Shown: positions 52,441 through 58,912 of the stretch, one piece after another | How positions within the stretch are numbered: position 1 is the stretch's first letter | How the letters are laid out: each line of letters begins with the position of its first letter | NCBI GenBank assembly: GCA_964580865.1 | Contig: CAZONM010000002.1 | Coordinates: forward strand, 1-58,912 | Length of the DNA: 58,912 nt | Origin: an uncultured Myxococcales bacterium | Lineage (GTDB): Bacteria; Myxococcota; UBA727; VGSZ01 | Direction: 5' to 3' | Notes under the pieces: model-generated | What the model saw: the letters and a program-made list of their open reading frames with translations, nothing else | What the model was told of the DNA's origin: nothing | Databases searched by the model: none | Program-made: the position numbers and the translations under genes

Positions 52441-53358
52441 ATGCGCCTAGGTCTCATCATTCTGGTCGCCCTGCTGTCGAGCTGCGCGACGCCTCGCTCC
52501 ATCTACGGGACCGTGGACCGCGAGGCCACGCTGATGAACGCCTACCAACAGCGTCTGGCGTCCTGGCCGCTCCCGTACGAGCGACGCTGGGTCCCCACGT
52601 CGTACGGCCTGGTGCACGTGATCGCCTCGGGCCCCACCGACGCGCCGCCCGTGCTGATGCTCCACGCCATGGGGGTCAGCGCGACCATGTGGCGACACAA
52701 CGTCGCGGCGTTGGCGCGTGACCACCGGGTGGTCTGCGTCGACTTCATCGGGGATCTGGGCCCAAGCCGCCTGTGGGTGCCCACCGAGCATCCGCGCGAT
52801 GGCGGCGACGTGGCCGCGCTCCTCGTCGAGGTCCTGGACGAGCTCGCCCTCGGGCGCGTCGATGTGGTCGGCGCGTCGTACGGCGGCTGGGCAGCGCTCA
52901 ACCTCGCCGCGCGCGCGCCCTCTCGAGTTCGCCGCGTCGCGCTGCTCGGCCCCATGGGCGTCGCCCCTGCCACCGCCGACACCATCGAGCGCGTCGCCTC
53001 CCTGGTCCTGCTCCCCACTGAGGACAAGAAGCGCGACATGGTGAACTGGACGCTTGGTCCCTCGCCCGCGGTCCGCGCGGACCTCGAGGACTACATGATG
53101 GAGGCGATGGAGTGCCGCGGAGCGCTGGCCCCGCCCACCACCATCCCCGATTCCTGGTTGAGCCGCATCGAGGCGCCCGTCCTCTTGCTCCTCGGCGATC
53201 GAGACGGTCCGGTGGGGCCAGCCGAGCCCGCGCGGCAACGGATGATCCACCAGGTGCCGACGGCGGAGGTGGTCGTGCTCCCCGACACCGGGCACATGAT
53301 GAGCATCGAGCGACCGGACGTCGTCGGGTCGCGCCTGGTCGCGTTCCTGGGATCCTGA
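52441..53358 (+). CDS. Lipoprotein alpha/beta hydrolase (carboxylesterase-like)
   Basis: Lipobox LLSSC; LMLHA, VDFIGDLG.S, GASYGG, LGDRD, TGHM. Confidence 0.85.
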   Translation: MRLGLIILVALLSSCATPRSIYGTVDREATLMNAYQQRLASWPLPYERRWVPTSYGLVHVIASGPTDAPPVLMLHAMGVSATMWRHNVAALARDHRVVCVDFIGDLGPSRLWVPTEHPRDGGDVAALLVEVLDELALGRVDVVGASYGGWAALNLAARAPSRVRRVALLGPMGVAPATADTIERVASLVLLPTEDKKRDMVNWTLGPSPAVRADLEDYMMEAMECRGALAPPTTIPDSWLSRIEAPVLLLLGDRDGPVGPAEPARQRMIHQVPTAEVVVLPDTGHMMSIERPDVVGSRLVAFLGS

Positions 53359-53385
53359 CCTCCCCGCCGCCGAACGAGGACTCCC

Positions 53386-54186
53386 ATGAACGACCTCGCG
53401 CCGTATCAAGTGCGCGCCGTGCCGCGAGAGCGCGCGCTGGTGCTCGACCTGCTCTGGGCCGCGGCGCGGCGTCACACGGTCCACGCGTTCGTGGAGCTCG
53501 ACGTGGAGGCGCTCCGGCGCGACAACGAGCGACGCGCCGAGCGCGGCGGGGACGCGGTGTCCCTGACGGCCTCGGTGATTTCTGCCGTCGCCCGCGTCGC
53601 GCGCGAGCACCAAGAGCTGCGCTCGATCCGCGTCGGGAGGCGGCTGGTCACCTTCGACCGGGTCGACGTCGGGGTGGTCCTCGAGCGCACCATCGGCGCT
53701 CGCCCGGTTCCCATGCCCACGGTGGTGCGCGGCGCGTGCACCAAGAGCGTCGAGGAGATCCAGGGACTGATGGAAGAGGCGCGCACCGCTCCCGTGGGCG
53801 ACGCGAGCGAGGTCGCGAGCTTCGGCGTTTTTGCAGCGTTGCCGTCGTTCATCCGCCGGCTGCTGCTGCTCGCCAGCGAGCGCTTCGTGGGGATCGCCGC
53901 GCGCTACAAGACTCCCATCGTCGTCACGTCGCTCGGTCCCCTCGTTGGCCGCGGCGCCGCCTTTGGCGCGCCGCTCGCTCCCGTCACGCTCTCGGTGACC
54001 ATCGGCGGCCTGGTGGACCGCCCGGTGAGAGAGGGCGAGGGCTGGCGCAACCACGAGCATGTCTGCGTCACCCTCAGCTTCGATCACGACGTGGTGGACG
54101 GCGCTCCCGCCGCCCGCTTCATCGCGCAGCTGCGACGCGAGCTGAGCGGTCCGCCGTCGGCGGACGCTCGGCCTCCACCCGGATGA
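53386..54186 (+). CDS. Stand-alone 2-oxoacid dehydrogenase E2-type acyltransferase catalytic domain
   Basis: GAGG RBS; LSVTIGGL..RP, VTLSFDHDVVDGAPAARF (DHxxxDG with His intact); no lipoyl or E3-binding domain. Confidence 0.8.
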   Translation: MNDLAPYQVRAVPRERALVLDLLWAAARRHTVHAFVELDVEALRRDNERRAERGGDAVSLTASVISAVARVAREHQELRSIRVGRRLVTFDRVDVGVVLERTIGARPVPMPTVVRGACTKSVEEIQGLMEEARTAPVGDASEVASFGVFAALPSFIRRLLLLASERFVGIAARYKTPIVVTSLGPLVGRGAAFGAPLAPVTLSVTIGGLVDRPVREGEGWRNHEHVCVTLSFDHDVVDGAPAARFIAQLRRELSGPPSADARPPPG

Positions 54187-54361
54187 CCAGGCCCGCAGCC
54201 TCCGCCTCGCGGAACACCGCGTCGATCTCCGCATCGAAGGCCTCCACCGATGGAGGCTCCTCTGGCGGCCTGCTCCGGAACAGGAGGGCGCTCGCGGTCG
54301 CAGCGGCGATCAGGAAGATGGCGGGGATCGCTTGTCGCAGGAGTGCTTGTGTTCGGCTCAT
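54119..54361 (-). CDS. Possible small (80 aa) membrane protein or gene remnant
   Basis: MSRTQALLRQAIPAIFLIAAATASALLF..; weak GAGG; overlaps the convergent E2-like gene by 68 nt. Confidence 0.25.
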   Translation of the reverse strand: MSRTQALLRQAIPAIFLIAAATASALLFRSRPPEEPPSVEAFDAEIDAVFREAEAAGLVIRVEAERPPTADRSARVAAAR

Positions 54362-54478
54362 GACCTCGTTGTACGCAGCGCGCGCGCCGCGAGGGGATCG
54401 CCGCAGGAGCACGCACTGTGCTGCCCGCAGGACAGTTAGGATTCCTGCGACGGGGCCGCTCCCACGCCGGGAGGGGCC

Positions 54479-55138
54479 ATGAAGGCGACGCGGTACCCGA
54501 GAGTGAAGATCTGCTGCATCGCGAGCCGCGCCGAGGCGTGGCTCGCGATCGACGCCGGCGCCGCGGCGCTTGGGCTGGTCTCTGCCATGCCGAGCGGTCC
54601 CGGCGTCGTCGAGGAGCCGGAGATCGCGCGCATCGCTGCCACCATCCCCCCGCCGGTCGACACGTTCCTCCTCACCAGCCTGCAAGACGCCTCCGCCATC
54701 GCCGCGCAGCAACGACGCCTTGGCGCGTCCGTGCTGCAACTGTGCGACCGCCTGACGAGCGGGAGCCACCAGGACCTACGAGCGGCGGCGCCGGGCATCG
54801 GCATCGTCCAGGTCATCCACGTCGAAGGGGCCGAGGCCGTCGACGAAGCGCGGACCGTCGCGCCGCAGGTCGACGCGATCCTGCTCGACTCCGGGCGTCC
54901 GTCCCTCGCGGTGAAGGAGCTCGGCGGCACCGGGCGCCGCCACGACTGGTCGGTGAGCCGGCGAATTCGGGAGGAGGTTCCGGTGCCGGTGTTCCTCGCC
55001 GGGGGGCTGACGCCCGAGAACGTCGCCGAGGCAGTCGCCGACGTGGGTCCCTTCGGTCTGGACGTGTGCTCGGGCGTGCGGACGGACGGCGCACTCGACC
55101 CGAAGAAGCTCGAGCGGTTCTTCGCTGCGCTTCGGTGA
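54479..55138 (+). CDS. trpF: Phosphoribosylanthranilate isomerase-like protein outside a trp operon
   Basis: RVKICCI, GLV, LQL, LLDS, GGTG..HDW, FLAGGL.PENV, DVCSGVR. Confidence 0.82.
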   Translation: MKATRYPRVKICCIASRAEAWLAIDAGAAALGLVSAMPSGPGVVEEPEIARIAATIPPPVDTFLLTSLQDASAIAAQQRRLGASVLQLCDRLTSGSHQDLRAAAPGIGIVQVIHVEGAEAVDEARTVAPQVDAILLDSGRPSLAVKELGGTGRRHDWSVSRRIREEVPVPVFLAGGLTPENVAEAVADVGPFGLDVCSGVRTDGALDPKKLERFFAALR

Positions 55139-55186
55139 TGACGACGACCACGACCTGGTCCGAGGCTTGCGCGCGCCGCGCGCCCC

Positions 55187-57436
55187 CTACTCCACCACGA
55201 TCTCCCGCGCCCCGATCGGCACGCGCGCCGCGCACACGGTCTGCGCCCGCCCCTCGCGCGCGAGATCGCGGGGCACGAGCGGCACCGTGACCCCGTCCAC
55301 CACCGCGCGATCGAAGGCCCGCGGCACGCGCAGCTCGAGCTCGCGCTGCGCGGGCGCGAAGCTCGTGTCACGCGCGCCCAGGGTCACGCGCAGCCGGCCA
55401 CCCAGATCCTCCGTGGCGACGTCGAGCACGAAGCGCCGGCCGTCGGCCGCCACGCCGTCGTCGAGGAACAACGAGCCGCGGCCCGGGCGCCCGGGCGGCG
55501 GCGCCGACAGCTCGAGCGCCAGCGCGCCCGCGAGCGTCTCCTCGGCGTTCCTACCAGGCGACGCCGTGAACAGCGCGGCGCCGGCCTTCACGAACAGCGG
55601 ACAGCGCCCGAGCGGGGCTGGGCGCTCGACGGTGCGGCCGCCCACCAGCACATCGCCGGTGTCGTAGTCGATCCACGCGCCCGACGGCAGCGTCACCTTG
55701 CGGCTCGTGGCGCCGCGCTCGACCACCGGCGCGGCAAGCAGGGCGTCACCGAGCATGAACTGGTCGAGCGCGCCGCCCACGTCGACGTCGTGCTCGAGCC
55801 ATAGGGGCCGTACCATCGGCAGGCCGGTCTCGTGCGCCTCGAGCGCCAGGCGATAGAGGAGCGGCAGGAGCTGATAGCGGCGCCGCAGCTGACGTCGACA
55901 GAGGTCCAGTGCGGCCTTACCGAACGACCACGGCTCCTGGCGCGGTGAGTACAACGTCGTGTGCACGCGCATGAGCGGCAAGAGCGCGCCGAGCTCCATC
56001 CACCGCACGAACAGCTCTGCCGGCGGCCGCCACTTCACGGCGCCGAGCTTGCCCGTGCGTCCGCCGAAGCCGCCGATGTCGGCGCCGCAGACGGGCACGC
56101 CCGACAACCCCAGGTTGACGACGTCGCAGAGGTTGCGCCGCAGGTGCTCCCACGTGGAGAGGTTGTCGCCCGTCCACACCGCCGAGAAGCGCTGGATGCC
56201 GAGCGACGCCGAGCGCGTGAGCACGAAGGGCCGCTCCGCCGGGCGCGCCGCGGTGAGCGCCTGCACGGTCGCCTCGGCCATCAGGTTCGCGTAGCGGTTG
56301 CGCACCCGTCGGTGCGGGACCTCGCCGTACTCGCCGTGCCGCACGTCCTCGGCGAGCGGGTCATAGACCTCCCCCACCTTGAAGACGGGGTCGTTCATGT
56401 CGTTCCAGAAGCCGCCCACGCCCGCGTCGAGGAGCGGCGCGTGGAAGCGGGCCCACGCGGCGCGCGCCTTCGCCTGCGTGAAGTCGGGGAACACGGTGGC
56501 GCCCGGCCACACCTTGCCTTGATAGGCCCGCTTGTCGCTGGTGGTGCAGAAGATGCCCGCGGCGATGCCCTCGTCGTACACGGGGTAGGGCGCCACCGAC
56601 ACGCCGGGGTCGATGATGGCCAGCGTGCGAAAGCCCAAGGCGCGCAGCTCGTCGTGCATCGCACGTGGCTCGTGGAAGCGCTCGGGGCTGAACGTGAACA
56701 CGCGGTAGCGATCCATGTAGTGGATGTCGAGGTGCACCACGTCGGCGGGCAAGGCCTCCGCGCGAAAGCGCTTGGCGACGTCGAGCACCTCGCGTTGCGT
56801 CTTGTAGCTCCAGCGGCTCTGGTGGAAGCCGAGCGCCCACGCGGGCGGCAGGAACGTGCGCCCCACCAGCGCCCCGAGATCCGCGAGGACGTCCCTGGGC
56901 GCGCCGCGCAGCAGCACCAGGTCCACGGGGCTGCGCTCGGTGTCGCACGCGCCGCGCAGCGTGATCGCCGTGTCGCCCACGTCGACGTCGAGGGGGTAGC
57001 CGCACGCCACCAGCACCGCGAACGTGGTGGCGCCGTCCCTCACCCAGAAGAGCGGGAACGCGCCATAGCTCGCCCCCTCGATGCCGAAGAAGAGCGTGTC
57101 CCTCGTCATCACGCGAAAGCGCGCGCCGTTCCGCGTGGCCGCACCCGTGGCCGCGCCGAAGCCGAAGACGCGCGCGCCCCGCGGGATGTCCACCGACAGC
57201 AGCCACGGGTCGGTGCGCGCGGTGACCGTGAGGATGGCGACGTCGCCCTCGCGGAGCACGCGCCGATCGCCGGTCTGCTCGAGGCCGAGCGCCGGGTCGC
57301 GCTCGAAGCGCGGCGCGCCCGGCGCGAAGCACGGCACCTCCGGGAGCTCCTCGCTGCCGACGACCAGGCGCACCATGCGGCCGGCGCGCGTCAGGTGCGT
57401 CAAGGTCGCGCCCGAGGTCGCCGGCGCTGGGGGCAT
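55187..57436 (-). CDS. Glycoside hydrolase family 31 (alpha-glucosidase-like)
   Basis: PPAWALGFHQSRWSY, LDIHYMD, IIDPGV, VWPG..VFPDF, nucleophile WNDMND, acid/base WTGDN, GADIGGF, RVH, EPW. Confidence 0.92.
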   Translation of the reverse strand: MPPAPATSGATLTHLTRAGRMVRLVVGSEELPEVPCFAPGAPRFERDPALGLEQTGDRRVLREGDVAILTVTARTDPWLLSVDIPRGARVFGFGAATGAATRNGARFRVMTRDTLFFGIEGASYGAFPLFWVRDGATTFAVLVACGYPLDVDVGDTAITLRGACDTERSPVDLVLLRGAPRDVLADLGALVGRTFLPPAWALGFHQSRWSYKTQREVLDVAKRFRAEALPADVVHLDIHYMDRYRVFTFSPERFHEPRAMHDELRALGFRTLAIIDPGVSVAPYPVYDEGIAAGIFCTTSDKRAYQGKVWPGATVFPDFTQAKARAAWARFHAPLLDAGVGGFWNDMNDPVFKVGEVYDPLAEDVRHGEYGEVPHRRVRNRYANLMAEATVQALTAARPAERPFVLTRSASLGIQRFSAVWTGDNLSTWEHLRRNLCDVVNLGLSGVPVCGADIGGFGGRTGKLGAVKWRPPAELFVRWMELGALLPLMRVHTTLYSPRQEPWSFGKAALDLCRRQLRRRYQLLPLLYRLALEAHETGLPMVRPLWLEHDVDVGGALDQFMLGDALLAAPVVERGATSRKVTLPSGAWIDYDTGDVLVGGRTVERPAPLGRCPLFVKAGAALFTASPGRNAEETLAGALALELSAPPPGRPGRGSLFLDDGVAADGRRFVLDVATEDLGGRLRVTLGARDTSFAPAQRELELRVPRAFDRAVVDGVTVPLVPRDLAREGRAQTVCAARVPIGAREIVVE

Positions 57437-57503
57437 GGCGCGTTATCTCGTGGGCGCGCGCCGGCGCGCAAGGAGGAACGAACGGCGCGGCCGCCAGCGA
57501 CGG

Positions 57504-58912
57504 TCAGCGCCCCGCGAGGATCGCGCGCGCCCGCACGGTCGACTCGAAGGGCTCGGCGCCCGGCGTCCACGGGATCGACGCGCGCGCCCGCGCCGCCGAC
57601 GACGCGTTGAGCACCTCGTCGCTCGGGGCCGCCGCCATGGCCGCCTTGAGCTCGCGCAGGGCCGCGTCGTCACGGCGGTTGCGGTCGCGCAGGCGCCGCT
57701 CGATCTCGGGCGTGAGCACCTGGTCGCGCATGAACAGCGGGTACCCGGTGATGTGGCCGGTGAGTGCCTGCTGCACCACCGCCACCGAGTCGTTGCACAC
57801 GCCGGTCACGCCGTAGCCGTTCATGGCCAGGCCCGCGGCCGCCGCCACGTCGTTGATGACGTCGGAGAGGTTGGCGCACAGCGCCGCCGCGCGCAGCGCC
57901 TGCGCTTGGTCGAGACGGTCCGTGACCACGGTGCCCGTCCACGACGACTTGCGCATCAGGTCGCACGCGAAGAAGCCCGTGTTGGGCACGCCCTGGTACC
58001 ACTTGAGATCGGCGTCGAGCTTGGGCCCGCGCGCGCCCGGTCCCGAGCGGACGCGGAACACCACCTCCGAGTGCACGGCGGGCAGCACCGCCTCCTCGCC
58101 GTGCGCGTCCTTCACGCCGGTGCGCACCATCACGGCCGCCGGCACGTCGAGGAGCGCGCCGCTTGGTGCCTTGGTCTTGAGCGCCGCGAAGTCGGCGATG
58201 CGGTGCGCGACCTCGCCCTCGACCGTGTAGCCCGCGCTCACCAGCAGCTTCAGGAACGCCGGCAGCGTCGTGACCGAGCGCCCCTGCCAGGTGAGCACGA
58301 AGCGCTCCGCCGGCGCCGCGCTCGGGTTCTCGCCCAAACGATCGAAGATCTCGGCCAGCACCATGTTGCGGCGCGCCTGGTCGTCGGGGATCGACGAGGG
58401 AACGTCGCCGCGGAACAGGCCTGGCGCCAGCTCCTTGAGATCGCCCGGCGGGCGGGCGATGGGCAGCGCGAGCGCGGCCTCGAGCGACACGCGCTGCGGC
58501 AGGTGTCGCTGCTTGCCCGTCGGCGCGGGGGCGCCCTGCGCCTGCCGCGCGCCGTGGGCCGCGTGCATGGCGTCGAAGCCCCTCTTCATCTCCGCCGGCG
58601 TGAGCGCGAGGATGTCCGCCACGCGATCGGGGTTCGCCACCGCCGCGGCCACCAGCGCGGGCGGCACCGTGATGCCGAGCGCGCCCTCGAGCTGATCGAC
58701 GATGCCCTGCACCGCTGTCTGTGCGTGTGGCGTGCCGGCGTAGCCCTTGAGCACCGTCGACAGGCTCACGGCGTCGGGCACCACGCCCGGGCGCAGCTCC
58801 AGGAGCCCCGGCCCCGCGCCCGCGAGCGCGCCGCCCAAGCGAGTCGCCAACGCGCTCGCGCCGCTGCCCACGAGGGTCGGCGGCGCCACCGTCCCGTGCG
58901 GCGCGCCGTGCG
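57504..58912 (-). CDS. Hypothetical protein, 5' end probably beyond the window
   Basis: The frame is open to the window edge (..HGAPHGTVAPP..) with host-like codons; at least 461 aa; no family recognised. Confidence 0.75.
   Translation of the reverse strand, partial: HGAPHGTVAPPTLVGSGASALATRLGGALAGAGPGLLELRPGVVPDAVSLSTVLKGYAGTPHAQTAVQGIVDQLEGALGITVPPALVAAAVANPDRVADILALTPAEMKRGFDAMHAAHGARQAQGAPAPTGKQRHLPQRVSLEAALALPIARPPGDLKELAPGLFRGDVPSSIPDDQARRNMVLAEIFDRLGENPSAAPAERFVLTWQGRSVTTLPAFLKLLVSAGYTVEGEVAHRIADFAALKTKAPSGALLDVPAAVMVRTGVKDAHGEEAVLPAVHSEVVFRVRSGPGARGPKLDADLKWYQGVPNTGFFACDLMRKSSWTGTVVTDRLDQAQALRAAALCANLSDVINDVAAAAGLAMNGYGVTGVCNDSVAVVQQALTGHITGYPLFMRDQVLTPEIERRLRDRNRRDDAALRELKAAMAAAPSDEVLNASSAARARASIPWTPGAEPFESTVRARAILAGR

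Noticed and set aside
56390-56412. GH31 motif WNDMNDP instead of WNDMNEP as a sign of inactivity
   Set aside because: The nucleophile Asp and the acid/base WTGD Asp are intact; the change is conservative.

Overview
A very GC-rich (visually about 70% or more; not computed), densely coding bacterial window. Hanks-type Ser/Thr kinases with PEGA domains and an HRDVSPQN catalytic loop, hybrid histidine kinases and (Gly-Glu)n lipoproteins point to an uncultured Myxococcota/deltaproteobacterial host (inference). I found about 48 CDSs and no rRNA, tRNA, CRISPR array or transposase. The main element is a 10-gene minus-strand operon (39457-49834) for anaerobic aromatic ring reduction: had-oah-dch-tetR-bcrC-bcrB-bcrA-bcrD-gcdH-hemerythrin. 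It has a perfect palindromic operator (CATGAACG-TT-CGTTCATG) upstream and no ferredoxin or CoA ligase, and an orphan hcrB-like gene lies about 35 kb away. Other candidate systems: (i) a GT28 glycolipid synthase coupled to a membrane-anchored GH1 whose NEP acid/base motif is replaced by IDS, inside a sugar/lipid gene block; (ii) a haem-c DUF3365-HAMP sensor with no output domain coupled to a soluble Ser/Thr kinase carrying a duplicated 55-aa C-terminal module; (iii) an NtrC-like regulator lacking GAFTGA; (iv) three large lipoproteins that share Cys-Pro-Pro, two with (GE)n tethers; (v) 11-bp-phased TGTGA repeats in two promoter regions. All family calls come from motif recognition only; no database search was run.
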